Assembly: GCF_009914755.1 (NCBI RefSeq)
Contig: NC_060928.1
Source: the human T2T-CHM13v2.0 reference genome, Homo sapiens
Length of the DNA: 64,000 nucleotides
Reading direction: 5' to 3' (one strand)
Shown here: positions 14,366-29,580 of the stretch, in pieces
Position numbering within the stretch: position 1 is the stretch's first letter
Layout of the letters: each line of letters opens with the position of its first letter
Translations under genes and position numbers: made by a program
Notes under the pieces: generated by a model
Seen by the model: the letters and a program-made list of their open reading frames with translations, nothing else
What the model was told of the DNA's origin: nothing
Database searches by the model: none

Positions 14366-17300
14366 AGGAAAAAAAAAACACAAAAGGAACCAGAATAACA
14401 CGAGTAAATGCAATGCATCAAATGATCTGTGAATAAAATGCCCACTGAATAAAACAGGGAAAAACAACAACTATTTCTTCCAAATGTTCCTATTTCCCTT
14501 ACTCCCCCATTCCTCCATGAAAAACTTTGGGCCTGTATCATCTTGGCTTAGAGTCAGCCAAATACGGTCATTCTTCTTTAAGTATAAATGCAAATAAACC
14601 CCCTGGATTTCAGTGGGAACACAGCATGCAGCAGAACATTTGTGTGTATAAACTCTGTAGTAAATGACATCTCTCTTCTCCCTACAGAGTAGAAGCTTGA
14701 TCTCCATGAATTGCTGTAACTCAAAACATACTTTTTACACAAAAATAATGATGGGGTTGAAAATAGAAAAAGTAAATCTTTGGACTGGACTGCTGTTGTG
14801 AGCCAAAGAGAATGATTAAATATAAAACAAGAGGGAAAAAAACAACAGCACTAGGTTATAAAAGAACAGATTGACATAGATTTTTTGAAACTGGAAGTTA
14901 CAGGCAACATGCCTAGAATTTAGATAACAGTATTAAGGACTGAACACTCATCCAAACATCTACAGCTCCCCTGACAGGTCAAATTCCATTACAACAAACA
15001 CCAGTGCAATAATAATCTGAGTAATCCAAAGCATTCCTGGTTAACGACCTCCTTAACTCAAGCAGTATGCAATATCTAACACCATTCCCCATTTTAAACA
15101 CAAAAGTACAAACGTAAATACAGCAAGTGATTGTTCACTGTACAAAAGGACTCATCAGAAGTCTCCATAATAAGGTATAAGGGTTTTTTTCAACATCTAG
15201 ACTAGTGTTTGTGGGGCCATTTTTTAAATACAGAAAAAAAAATTAACTTACATGCAACTTTTGAAGGACATGTCTAGATACAGTGGACCCAAAATGTTAA
15301 CAGCAACTGAAAGCAAGCACAAGTTTAACATGACAACAGGAGCATCTATAGATTGACTCATGTACCTCCCAAGTCCCCTACTTTCCTCTGTAATGTGGGG
15401 TACACCACACTGCCTGGTATTGGTTTAATTTGAATTTTCTTCCAAATTATTAAAGTTGACAAATTCTCATTTTTTAAATATGAAGTTCCAGCCTCTCCTG
15501 GAAAATGGTTAGATCTGGCAACACAGGTACAGATTCCTGGGTCAACCAACAGCTAATGGAAACCAGCTCCCTGATAGGCATGGCAGAAGCATTGCTGACC
15601 CCTTTACCACACTCCCCATCACTCCCTATTGCATTCCCAGCACCCTTAATGGCTTATTTTCTGCCTGGTCCTTCTAAGCATAGGAATCTGCAACACCAGC
15701 TTTTAAAACAACTAAAACAAACAAACAAAAATTACTACTCAACTTGCTGATATATCAAAACTGAGCTGTATCATACATTGTCCTATGATACATTGTACAT
15801 TGCAGAGAGAAGGCATGCTAAGTTAATATTATGGATAAATTACTTTAAGATTTCTCTAAATGACATTCTCACAAGCATCCCTGGCAAAAGGCAACATCTA
15901 TAATCTTTAACTGAAAACACTTTGCTTTGGAAATGGGAATGCTTTGAATGTACCTTAGCTTATCAAAGCATAAATTTACTTGTTTTTAAATGAGTTCAAA
16001 ACTAGCCATCATAGTTATTTATGTATATGTTACTGCAATTAAATAAAAAGGAAAAAATGCTTATAAACACACACATATTATCCTGAAACAGAAACAATAA
16101 GCATAATTACTCTAAAGTGGCAAAGAATGGATAATTTGTCTATGAACTATTTCACAGTCTTTGAGTTGTACTGTGTATTACACATAACCAGAATATCTTC
16201 AGTCTCAAAAAGACTATTTCTGAGCACACAACCAAGATTGCAGGCAAGTCACACAACCCCTCTGTGCCTCGATGTCCTCATCAGAATAATGTGAAAAATA
16301 ATAGTGCAGACATCTTAAAGGGTTACTGGGAGGATTAAATGAGCTGATACATACAAACAGCACTTATAACACTGCCTACCACTATTGCCCAACCTTGTAT
16401 CAATCGACACACTAGCCTAAAATGCTGATAAATTACGTTCTCCTAATGCAAACATTCTCATCTCTGCTCTGGTTTGCAGAATGAAGCAGTCTCCTGGTCT
16501 TTTATCCAAAGCACACTCCAGTATTATTAATTTAAGTTGCTGCTAAATCTCAAAAGTCATTAATAAAATGTAGTGATTTCTCAAATGGTTTATGGTCAGC
16601 CACTCTAAGAGGTACTTAATAGAAAAGAATTAGCTCAAAGCTGGTATCCAGATGATTTATCAAAACAACTATCAGGTTTAAAGAAAATCCCCAGGGCAGT
16701 AAAAACCCAGCATTCAAAAAACACCAATGAAGAAAAAGACTGTTGCTATTCACAAAGGTACAGACTGTTAGTGAGTGAATAAATGGAAGAATAAATGAAT
16801 GAAGATCAAATGGGTTATTTGCTGCTGACCACAAACTTATGCTTCCCTTTCAAAAAAAAGTATTTTTAATCAGATCCTCTGCTTATATTTGTGTCATTGT
16901 TAAACTGTCTTGTCATACTTACATAACCAGGTAATAATAATCTATGAAAATACTCGACTAACCAACCCAAACGCTTTCCCTAAATCTTAACATATGCACT
17001 GACTGCATTTGGTGTGGTCAGAGATGGGCCCTGTCCTGAATTCACGCTCGAGTTGGGGAACAAAACTAACCAACAAGGATTAAGTGGTAACCTCTGAGTA
17101 TCTACTAAACAGCATCAGAGTTCCTGGAGGGTTATGCCCAGGGTAGGCTGCAAGGGTGCTCAAAGTGAACAAGAACAGGACAAAGGCAAAGCAGAGGAGG
17201 CACCAAACGAAAAGCACTGCAGCTGTTCCAGCCATGAGGCCTGATGGAGAAAACAACATGGCACATGTTCTGCTCAGCAAATCCCTACCCGCCTCCAATA

Positions 17301-19519
17301 CATACAGCAGCACCACCTCCTCTAAAACATTCCCTCATTACCTGATCTTTAGACTTATACACCACTTCTCGTTTATGTGTGTATTTATTTATATGTTTTT
17401 CCTCCATTGGACTGAGAGCTCTCAAAGCACAAGAATCACCTTAATCCATCTTGTATTGTCATCCGAGGCACGCATATTCCCTAAACATCCCTGGATTGAA
17501 TGAAGATGCCTTAGCAAAGGGAGGGATTCTCTCAACCCGGGAGACTGTGCACATAACTAGAAAGGGAGGGGCCCACGGAATCCAACGCCAAGCTTCCTGT
17601 GCATTGGTGCTACCCAGGAGAAAGGAGTGCCCCTGTCCTCAAGAAACTTAAGTCCACTTAGATCACAAAAAGTTCTCTGAGAAAGTATGTGAAGGGCTCT
17701 ATTTAGACAGTTATTTATTACTCTGAATTTGAAGCCCTCCTCCCCTTGAAGTAAGGCCTACTGGCTTAAGGGCCCTGCAGAGCTAAAGATGTGAGGATAA
17801 CTTGCCACTGGTGCTTAGCACAAATAGCGAATGAGAGTTCACTGGGAAGTACAAACGAAGGGAATCAACTTACTCATAAATCTCAACACCCTTTCTTTTG
17901 CTCACTGGCTGAGAAACTGCCATCTGGAAGGCTCAGCAGATAGATGAAAGGCATTATCACAGTTCTACTGGAATATTTCTGGTTGGCAAAGAACACAAGA
18001 TGCCAGAACTTGAAAAAAATCATGTAATTCTGATGACCTCATTTCACCTTTCTTTTCAGCCAATCCAAATTCAGCCTGTTGTAGATATTTAACAATTAGA
18101 GAAACCTTGCAATTACTTTGCTGAATCGCTCGACTGGCAAAACGTCCACAAGGCCTGCGCATCTCCTACATTCTAATGCTCTGGTAGCTCTGAGACCCAC
18201 GGCAAGCAAGGAGAGCACCCCCTACAGACAACATTCACACTGAGAAGTGGCAAGAAAGTGAGGAAGACAATTCCAGGTCCCTGAGTCCACCACCAGACTC
18301 TCATCAAGTTCACCCCAATATCTGGGAAGCATATAGCCTTCACTGCACATGTTCCATCCCTGACTCCGGGTGGGTGCACCTGTACCTGTGAAACAAACAC
18401 ACCCACACACAGGCAAACATAGCACTCGATCTTTTTTTTTTGGCATTTGCTATGTCATCTGGTATCCCTCCAGACTGCCTGGGCCTCCACGAGTCTTAGA
18501 TGCCTGACCCTGCAGGGCCAACATGAAGGGAGCCACCACTTCAAGGTCCCATCCAACTGCTGCTAGGAAGCCAGGCCTGAGAGGGGCTCTTTAGTGTTGT
18601 TCTGTTTTAAGACCTCAGGCTATAGGATCTGATAAAAATTATCTTCAGACTAGTGGTGTCATAAAAACCCCTTTTCCCCTGAAGGGACCCAGCAATTTGA
18701 AAGTGCCTTGCAAAGCATGTTCTCCTGGATTCTTCAGAGCCTTTCCTGAGGCAGACGAGCATCTGCTCCAAGTCAGACAGGAGGAAACTTTGTCTCTGGG
18801 GACTCGGCCATAATAGGCCTTAGAAACCAAGATCTTAGGCCACTTTTTAGTTTTTCACTGTTAGTAATTCAACAAGATTCCCCTGGCACCGTGCACACTA
18901 CCTTCTTTGAGTCTTTACATCAGTAGAGAAATGGATGCACAGATCATCTGTGTGCCTCTCACTGAGCCCCCGCTAAACACACGACTAAAACCAGCTCTCC
19001 CCTAGAATGCATTTTGTTTGTTTGGCCAAACACAATGCAATAGTGTCCTTGACCCCTTCCAGTTGAAAGTCTGTCTGCCTCTGACTGGCAGAAGTACCTA
19101 CCCTCTGCCACCCTGTGTTCATTTTCCATTTCTGTAACAGTCTTGGTGCCTCCCACTATCATATTCCAAAATCCCAGGTGCACAGAGAGTGTTCTTACCT
19201 CTTAAAATGTTAACAACAGGCACATCTGTATATGCTGCCAGAGTTTCAAGAAGATAAATTATCTTCAGCCAGAATCAAAATTCAGCAACAGCTCCCCTCT
19301 GACCCCCCGACCCTGGAACCAGGCTCTCCCACTCTGGGAGCCTGACAATAAAACCTTTTACCTGAATGACTACATATCACTGGGCTTTAGAAGGGATCAT
19401 CATATATGCTGTCATTCAAAATGAGAGTAACTTTGAAAGTGAAAGGGGACACTATTAATAAATTACATGGGGACTTCAGGGGTATACCAGCACTGTCACG
19501 GAAAACCAGGACCTATGGA

Positions 19520-20100
19520 GCACTTCGAAAACCCTGCCCTGAGTGTGGGTGCTACCATCAATGCTGCATTAAAAGGACAGCCACTTCCCTCTGGAAGTTG
19601 ACTGCCTAGCGCAAGATACAGACAATCAAATAATCACCCAAATATGCAATAATGACCTCACCTAATTATGATGTATGCTCTGAAGGAAAAGTCCTGGGTG
19701 GTATGACAGAATATTCCAAGGGTTAACTTGACTGGGGATGGGGAGGAGGACTGGAGTGGAAGAGAAGGAAGAGGAGAAGGGAATAAGGCTGCAGGTGGGC
19801 CCTGAAGGAGAAAGCACAGACCGGGAGGATTTGATGCTGCACCAAAAGCAGCAGAAGCTGTGGAGGTCACTCATAGCATGAGGTGTCGTGATCAGACAGA
19901 CATGAAGGACCACTGAGGTCCAGGGCAAAGCATGAACCGTAGGCAGGAACACGGAAGGCAGACAGCAGGAAGCCAGGGCAGTTGGGAGGATGGAGGCTCA
20001 GACCAGGGCACTGGTTGGACTCATGAGGGCAAAGGGAGAGCTGAAAAGGTAATACCCAAAGGTGATAGGTGAGAGGGTTACCAAGATTCTGGCTTAGCCA
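19520..20100 (-). mobile_element. L2 LINE fragment
   Basis: L2-like gctctgaaggaaaag, ttaacttgactgggg, gaggctcagaccaggg segments. Confidence 0.55.
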
Positions 20101-20752
20101 GAAAATAAAAGGGCCGGTACATAAAACAGCAAAGCCAGTTCCTTATATAACCCTAAAATGCCTTAGGGTGGCCTTGTAATCTCCTTAGTACAGCATGAAA
20201 AATCCCTTGCAAGGTAATGTTAAAATGAAATGCAAACACTAAAACTACGCTACAACAGTTTTCCCTCACCCACAAATCAATGAACCTTTCAACAGTTTAA
20301 ACAAGACAGACTCACCTAAACAACTCAATAATTCTCAGTGTTTGCAGCGACCTGTTCAGTTATGTCACCCAATAATAAAATTGCAGATGAAGTTATGAGT
20401 CCTGAGTGATACAGGAAGTTTGCCTTGAGTGTACAGAGATGGTATTCAAATCTCAAACCCTCTTCAGGATTCGAAATCTCTAAAATCATATCTGACCCCT
20501 ATTTATTTCATCACTTCGATGAACAATTTTATTTTTAAACAGAATTTAAAATGATCAGCACTCACCCTTTGAGAAAATCTGATAAATAAACACACAGGAA
20601 TGGTTTAGGTTACAATGGCTGCACTACCCTGAACCACTGCCCGCAAAGACTGGATCGTCATGAAATATATCACAGACAGGAAAAGGAACTCTACCCATCC
20701 TCTTTTGTATGTCATGCCAAGAATTCTCATGTACTTAAAAGTGATCAATCAC

Positions 20753-21060
<308 letters not shown>

Positions 21061-24000
21061 AAAAGTGATCAATCACAATAAAAATTACTAACAACTTCTA
21101 TGTTTATATCATACTCTCCATTTCACAAAGCACTGACCTTTTTCAGTGGCCTTGGCAGCACAAGCAGGCAAATACACATGGGAGTATCAAGATTTATCAC
21201 AAGGGCTTGACTGGCAGGGAGTGGCAGGGCTCTTCCATATGCTATCTCTACAGCAGATGGGTACAAGGGGCCTTTTGCCTTGCCCTACCTAAGCCACCAA
21301 AGGAAATCTCTCTGTGACCAATGTCTGGATTATAGCATATAAAGTTTCCTTTCCTGAGACTGTTACCTCCCAAATTTTCTAGAAAAATTTCCATTTCAAA
21401 TACTGTCAATTGACATGCACAAAAATGTACTTTTTCCCCTTTTGGGGTAAATGTATTATTTTCAATAAAACCCATCAAATGTGGTTTACTTTGCATGCTA
21501 TTATAAAACACTTGCTGTAAGTCCACACATAAGGAGGGAAAAACACTTTGTCAGATGCTTTGTCCCAAATTAAATTTTTTATAATATATACCACCTCCTT
21601 TTCTTGAAAGACATATTCCCAGCTCACTGAAAAAAGGGTTCCAGGAGGTATCCATGAAACACGAAGGAAGGATCTGAGAAACGATAGCATCCTGAGCACC
21701 CAAAATGGTGACAGATAAATTTCTACAGATGAAGACCAGAACAGAGTGGGGAGAATGAGGAGAAGATAATGAAAGGGATTATAAACCCAACTGGACAGAG
21801 TGGGAGAAGAGACAAAAGATGTCCATTCTTTGGAAAGTCCTTTGGGTTGGAACTGAAATGGATCACAGAAGTGGGGACCCTATACTACTTAGGACTTCTC
21901 CACAGACAGACCTGTGAGTGATTTGACAGACCACAGCCTTTCAGGGTGAGAGGCAAGAGAGCTGGACAGAAGCACAGGTAAGGAGGCTGCCAATTATAAC
22001 AGGCACTTTCCATTCGCCCCAGTCTCCACCATCAGCTGCCTGCTCCTGCACCTGCATATCTTTCCACATCACAGAAGGGAAAAAATATTAGTTGACATTT
22101 AGCTAATTTTACAGTTAACGAAGCACTCTCACATTTTCTTATTTAGTCATTCATGCATTCAAAACAATTTATGGAATGCCTTCCAGAAGCCAGGCCCTGG
22201 CAAAGCTTGGGATAAAACCCCCTTAAGGTCCTATCCCATGGGGAACTCAAAGACCAGTGAGAAATGGGTCCTCTAACTGACTTAGCACCAAAGAGGTCAT
22301 GGTGACAAGCCTGGGCCTGATAGTACACCCTGTGGAGGTACTATCCCAACAATGAATCCCCTACATGAGGAAGGGATTTATTGGCTGATGTCTTTTATCT
22401 TTTCACCATGGCTTAGAATAGTTCCAATGGTGGATCTAGCTAGATAGAACTCAGCCCATATGACATGACAGCTTGTAAAACTCACAGTTTAATAGCCAGC
22501 TTGTATTTGAACCATTTAAACCCACCTTCGATTTATCCTTTAGAAGACAAACAATTTGCTGTGAATCAAAGACCATCAGGTGGAAAATAAGGTGCTGAAC
22601 GGGGGAAAAAAAGAGACTACAGCAAAACAGATTGCCCAGAGCCATTCAAACTGAAAAAGCACAACATGCCAGACTAGCACTCTTTGGCTGAGAGCGTTCC
22701 ACAGCCCCCTCTTCATAGATGCCATCCACCTGGCCAGAAGAAAATTAGACAAATACTCTTTTTAGTATTATTATAGATTTAGGTATTCTTTATGATTTAA
22801 AAATATTGCCAACAAAGAGCTATAAGGAATATATAAAGACTGAACTGCTAAATAGGGTCTCCCTAAATAATAGGGTAGGGATAGAAGAAGTTTAGGAAAG
22901 AGCACCCAAAGGGTATAATTCTGGAACCAATTTTGCAAGAGTAACAATAATAGCAGCAGCAGCTAATCAAGCCCTGAGCTAAGTGCTTTGTACTCATTAC
23001 CTCTTTATTCTTTACAATCTTATTGTAAAGGTAGACACCATACCTTTGATGGAAGGTAGACAGAAATGGCAGAAATATCATTTAAAGCAGAGGTAAGCGC
23101 AAAGCTACAGAGTCAAGAAATGTAAATAAGGGCATAATGTGGCAGTTCTCCAAGTCCCAATTCCCACAAGGTGGTGGAAAAAGGACTGACACCTGCATAC
23201 ATAGTGGACTGCTTTACAGTGGAGGACCCTTGAACTGAGGGAGCCTGAATATTTTATAATGGACATCAAATATGCCCTACACCTTTGCTCCATGCAGGTA
23301 AGACTGTGGAACAGAATATGGATGAGAAAATATGAGAGGTGACAAGTAGGCAAGGTTCCTATAATGGTGCCTAGCTTTAATCTTTTCCAAATTAAGAATA
23401 TTTAGCTATTTAAAGCAGGGGAGTATGACATAATCAGAATTGCTGCTAGAGAAATCTCCTGCAGTAGAGTGGGGAGAGTGGCGCTTTAGGGAAGGATGGG
23501 AGGTATTATAACAATGCAAGTGAGAAATTACTCATAGAGGTATGCAATAAAAATAATTTTACATATAAAAATTATCTCTATTAATCTGTGCACTTAAATA
23601 ACACCTTGTACATAAAATTAAAAGAAAGTCAAGTAAAACTGCTGGAAAAAAATGCGGCTGGCAGCTTCTTCATCTGGATGACAAATATACTGGACTGAAA
23701 TGTCAAATGTAATTATAGCCAGACTATTAATTCACAAAAAAGAGTTAACTATTTTGAACATGAATGATCAAGCTTATTCTTTAACATAAGTGAACAAATG
23801 GTTTACTTGGCTTCACAGGTACAATAAGAGAGGTTCAGCAACTGCAGGTCTTTTGGTCTCCCTAGGCCCAGTGGAGACCAGCTGGAGAGTGGACCCTGGT
23901 GTGAGGTTTCTTAGCCCAGTCTACAGGATACCAAAGCACCTGATGAGCAGTCCTTGTCAGGCTTAGGAACCCTCCCCCTTGGTAGGGAGCTTCCCAGCTT

Positions 24001-24142
24001 CCCCATGAGAAGCCCCATCACCAGCAAGTTCCTCTTCAAAGAGTGAGAGGCACAGGCAGTAGTTATCACACTAACAGAAGTGTCTGAAGCCATGCAACTT
24101 AAAAGGACTGTCCACTTTCTATGCCACTTACTTAAGCCTTTG

Positions 24143-24269
24143 AAGGACTGCCGTTGCTCCTGCCCTTGATGCACACAGCACTGCCACACTGCACAACTCC
24201 AGGGAGCATCACGCACATTCCAGGGAATTGTGCAGTTCGCCTCCTGTGTAGCTGTACATGGCGGCCCTC
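24143..24269. mobile_element. MER91-like palindromic hAT-Tip100 MITE
   Basis: actgcacaactccaggg...ggaattgtgcagt internal inverted arms and ggcggccct terminus. Confidence 0.6.
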
Positions 24270-25484
24270 AGGGATAAGAGGTCACTCTCCCACAGATACT
24301 TCCCCATTAACATCTACTTTCTGATCCATTATTTTTTTAATCCCTGTATCCCTGGATTCCAGCAGTAACTATGGGTCTCAACTGATGACCACAGGCAGTT
24401 AATAATTTTCGCATATTATTAAATATTTAGAATTTGGTTTTGACTAAATGTCATTAATATTCATTTTGCAAACAACAGGAGTGGTGTTTCAACATCTTAT
24501 CTCCTATATTTGAGCCCTGGGAGTCCTCTTTAAATCTAGAATCTTAATTTCAGGCCTAATTATTATATAGATATATTATTCTTTTGATGGGGGAAGGAGC
24601 AAAAACTTGTTGCAGTTTACAAGTAAATACACTTTTACAGCTCTATCACAAAGAAAAGGTACAAAAACAATTGTTCTGAACAAATGTCCCCACTTGGCTT
24701 TCATTAACTGCATAACTTAATTATAAATGTTTCTCTAAATCGCCCAAACCAACTTCAAGATGATCTAAGTGTCACTCTCCAATAGGCTGGTTAACTGCTT
24801 GAAAGCATTTTATCTATAAATATCAAAAAGTAAACTTAGAAATTATCTTTCCTTCATGTCCTACAGTGCTGAAAGGTGAAAAGAAAAAGAAAGAAAGAAA
24901 TTATCTGCCTCAGTCCAATTTCAACAGAGCCAGCCTGTTTCTGAGATCGGCTCTTCCTGCTCCTTCTTAACTCTGCTCCACGGTCTTGGCCTGGACTTTC
25001 CCACCTGTCTCTTCTTATTTCAGGGCCAGATGTCTGACCACCCTTGCGCCTTGCCTCTGCCTGGGTTATAATTCGTGCCCAGTGGGGCTGTCTACGCTCC
25101 TGATGCCATGAGTTCTCCTGCCCCTGCCACCATAACACTGGACCCTGTTGCTCCGCACGCTCAAAAATCAAGCACTCCCATGTGTCACAGTTTTACATGT
25201 TGCCTCACTTAAGGTACAACAATGTCAGTAAAGATGCCTTGGTCTCCCTTGGCACTCAGTTCCCTGGAGATATACTGGCCAGAAGCACAGATATGAAATG
25301 CCTGTGAAGCCTTCATCAGGTCTAAGAGAGCTGAGATGCTCTGAGGAGCCACCCACCATGACCCTTTGAACCATACTTTGTGGGGGAGGCCCGGGTGATT
25401 ACCTCCTAAACAAGACACATCTGAACGCATTTAACTGGCTAGGTATCAACTTATATGTAATACATCGGCATTTGGTTTCTTTGT

Positions 25485-25650
25485 TTTGGTTATTTTACAT
25501 TTACTAGTTTATTATTTTAAAAAATTACAATGGATACAGATGAAGAGATTCACAGGTAAAGGTATGGGGCAAGGGACATGGAGCTTCCATGCCCTTTCTA
25601 GAGCACCACCCTACAGGAACCTCCACATGTTCAGCTCATCTGGAAGCTCC
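25485..25650. mobile_element. MER21-like LTR fragment
   Basis: acatttactagtttatt...gatacagatgaagagat...ggagcttccatgccct...aggaacctccacatgttcagc. Confidence 0.65.
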
Positions 25651-25653
25651 ACC

Positions 25654-26091
25654 TGTATCTGGTCTTGTTTGATTTTACCCTACTCGCAAGGTAATAAGTT
25701 AGCCTGTTACTGTTTCATAGAAGCTGGCAGAAGACATGAGATTCCTGGGTCAAGGACAAAGGACTTTATTATTCACAGCATGATTCAGACAACACCAGCA
25801 TCATGTTTACATCAGTCCAATGGAAATAGCGTTGAGGGGCCCAGATGGCAGCTGCACATGCAGTGAGCGTGCATCCAGCTGAGGAACCTATGCTTGGGAA
25901 ACCTGCTGCTTTATAGTAAGCAGTAAGTGAGAGTAGGTCAGTCTTTGTCCCAGAAAGAGACACTACTTCATCCCTCAAGGCTGCTCATTGCAAACACAAC
26001 ACGAAGAAATGGCCCAGGTAAAGAACGTTCTTGGTATACTCAGTAAGACATGCAGGAGCACAAGAGACCCATGGAGAAGTGTCTCCCAACA
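25654..26091 (-). mobile_element. ERVL-class solo LTR (MER74/MER54-like; subfamily uncertain)
   Basis: tgtatctggtcttg...aagttagcctg...aaggactttatt...gagacccatggagaagtgtctcccaaca with TG...CA termini. Confidence 0.6.
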
Positions 26092-26248
26092 ATTTGTGTG
26101 TATTCCCAAACTTAGATGACTATCCTTACGGGGTTCTTGGTCTCAGCAACTCCTCCACATGAACCCCCTGCTACACTCTCAATGTCATGGGTTACAAAAG
26201 CAGCAGTACATGCCTCTCACTGGAAAAGGATTTTGAAACACTGATCTT

Positions 26249-26577
26249 ATCTATGTTATCTATCTATTCTAATCTAATCTAATCTAATCTGAGACAAGGT
26301 TTTGCTCTGTCGCCCAGGCCAGAGTGCAGTGGCAAAATCATAACTTACTGCAGCCTTGAACTTCTGGGCTCAAGTAATCCTCCTGCCTCAGCATCCAGAG
26401 TAGCTGAGAAAACAGGCACACCCCACTGTGACTGGCTAATTTTTTTTTTTTTTTTTTGTACAGACAGGGTCTCATTTTTGTTGCCCAGCCTGGTCTTGAA
26501 CTCCTGGCCTAAAGCAATCCTCCCACCTCAGCTTCTCAAAGTGCTGGGATCACAGGCATAAGCCATCTCACCTGGTC
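26249..26577 (-). mobile_element. AluJ SINE with (CTAAT)n-converted tail
   Basis: ctaatctaatctaatct then gagacaagg...ttactgcagccttgaacttctgggctcaag... Confidence 0.88.
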
Positions 26578-29500
26578 TCACCCCATAATGTAACTGTTTA
26601 CTCCAATATCACAGTCTAGGATTCCCCACAAGCATATCCTTCGCTCAATATGGTGACCCAACCCAGCTTTTGCTTCTTTCCTTCCTTTCTGTTTCACTTT
26701 CTTCACCATTAGAAACTTATCTATGTTTAGAAATGCACGAGAAATCAAGAAATGAATGACTAGTAGATAGGACAGAAGCTGGTTTCAATCTGGTCAAAAC
26801 ATTGTTCCAGAAATCTTTACTTAGTTAAGGGAAGAAAAACCATTTATGATAGTTAAAGGAAAAGAAAGCACTTATAATAGCTCAGAAAATGAAAAAGGAT
26901 CAGACAGAATTCCACTTGACAAATGCTCACATTCTGAAAGGCACTAACTTAGGGAAGGGAGGGAGCTTTACTTTACTATAACATCAATGATTTTTTAAGA
27001 CATATTTTTACTTCTCAGACAGTGAAGAACAATTTAAAATGCCAGACTCCTTAAACTTCAGCAGCCCATAAAAATCGTTTGCAACAAAAAAAAAACTGTA
27101 ATCATGCAAATATAAATTCAATTAGAGAATCTGTAACTGCCATAAAAATGAAGTATATATTAATAAATTAAGCAACTTCCTAAACATGCCTATTTTTACA
27201 CATTACAAATTTTTGCAGAGACCCAGATGGATGCTAACTTTGTTCCTAGGCTAAGAAATTTATTTCAGATTCAACTAACGTATTTCAATTAGTAATTATG
27301 GGATAGCTGCTATATTTCAGGTAGTTTTCTAGGCATATTTATATACATGATTTTACGGAAACTGTAATGTTCTGTAGATACTACCATTTTAAAAAAACAA
27401 AACAAAACAGGTAGGTCTGTGGCCTGAAAATGATCCCTGAGGTAAGACATAAGAAATGTTGGCGTTGTTATCCAGAAAGGAAGGACTGGCCAGGCCATGC
27501 CAGGAATGGACGTGGTGGACAGCTATGGCTACACAGGAGAGGAAATTACAGCCCAGGAGGAGAGGAACATGGCAGCTGCTCTGATGAGAAAACCCTCAGA
27601 TCCAGTTGCCAAAGGAAAGCATGGAGATACACTCTCCTCCAATGGGTGGGGGACAAAGGAAACAAAGCCTGGCATTAGTGACAAGTTCTATTATACAGGG
27701 TACACTTTTCTAACAAGGAAAGTTGAGGGTCCGGACACTGACAACACCTTTTCCCAGGTGACAGTGAACCAAAAGCCCGCAACTCCCCTGAGTGGGTCAC
27801 CTACTGGTCCCTCAATTATCACGTCAGCATTCACTGAGTGCTCAGGGTTGGATGTACATCATCTCATGGAATCTTCACAATGATCCTAGAGGTCGCCACT
27901 AATATTACCCACTTTTTGCCCAAAAGGAGTAGTTCAAAGTGATGAAGTAACCATCCATGGTCACACAGCTTGGACATATCAAGGCCCATGTTTGAATCCA
28001 GGCAGTCTCACCCTTAACCACTGTCTTACATGTTGTAATATTCTCTGCCTAGCATTGGGAAGAGGAGGGGAGAAAAAGTTAAATCACAGAAATAAAAAAG
28101 TAAATATCCCCTCTTTTTATATAATCTCCTACTATCTGGAGCTCATCAGTATAAAACAATAAAATAAATTCCATGGATACCTGTATTCTGTAACAAAAAA
28201 ACCAAACAGGACATATGTGAATGTGTAGGTTATGTTCGTCACCACAGAACCTTCAAACACCTAATAACTTGTTTAAATGAAATATAAAAATATTAAAGAT
28301 GACAAAGAATTTCAAATAATGCCTATGCCATCAAGCTTAACTTACTCAATATACAATTTTATGTGCAAATTAATTGGAAACCTTTGTGTTTCTGCTAACT
28401 TAAAGGCCACATATGGAATCCATATGAAGCAGAAGTTTTTGAGTCTGCTCATTCCAAAGCATGAGAGTAATGCATAATAAATAACCTGAATAGTTACTTA
28501 ACATAAGCAAGGTTGATGTTAATCAAAACGACTGCGCCAAAACCATTTAGTGGAACCAAATACAGTCAAAGTGCTGGGACTTGGGAACTTGGACAATTCA
28601 GCGTGCACACATCCTACAAAGAACACAGGCCAAGTGCCGACTTCATCCTAATTCAACATATAAACGGTAAGCAGATGCCTTCTCCACCAGTCTCAGCTCA
28701 AACTCCACCCATGGGTAAAATCCACCAGGACTCCCACTGTCCCCTCTGCACACTGTTCCTACACAGTGATACCAAGAACACAGCTGAGGCACCTGAGATG
28801 CTGGGCTCCCAGAAGAGAAGCTCTGTTCTTTGTTTTATAAACTGGGGTCTTTGCTTAAAATTTTGGTTAGGAAAACAAAGGATTCCACTATGAAAAGGGT
28901 AGGCAAAGTGTTGAACAGTGAGTAGTAAAAACTAGGACCCAAATTATTTGTAAGGTCTCTTTCAACATATAAATCCTAAGATTATACAATCAGGGCTGCA
29001 AAAGACCAATTAAAGCATAGTTCTAATACTTGAGTGCTAAAAAGATTGGCCAAAGAACAATGAAATAAGCATTTGCACAGCTATTCCTGCTCAAAAGAAT
29101 TCCAACCTTCTGTTCTTTCATCAGCAGGTCAACCTTCTTAGAGCAAGAAAGAGGTTTAGCTTCCCTAAAAGTAAAAAGCTCTGTCTTCTCAATTTTGGAA
29201 TTAGAATCACAGAAAGAAGGGGGCAGGTGAGGGAAAAATTCCACAGAAACAACACTTAAACTTTAAAACTGGATTTTAAAAGATTCTTAGCAATAATTAA
29301 TCATTTGTTGGGGTCTCTAGCTAAGACTTAGTAATTTCATAGTTCAAAGAGTTTCTTTTCTAGCCTCCAACTAATAACCACAAAATTTTTTTTCTGCTTA
29401 TGTGTTAGTTTCTAAAATGGATCTCCAGCTTTTAACTTTAAAACAAGTTTCATTTAGTTTGCATATTTATAGTATACTACGGTAAAGAAATTTTAGTCTC

Positions 29501-29580
29501 TTATGAATGAAAATATTTAGAGGTGATACGGTCATTTAGGTAGTTTCTCTTTTTTTTTCTCCAAAGAGAGCACATATCTA

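Noticed and set aside
27497-27883. 128-aa plus-strand ORF with ordinary composition
   Set aside because: No recognisable homology or domain, antisense within an intron; length is within chance expectation for 64 kb.
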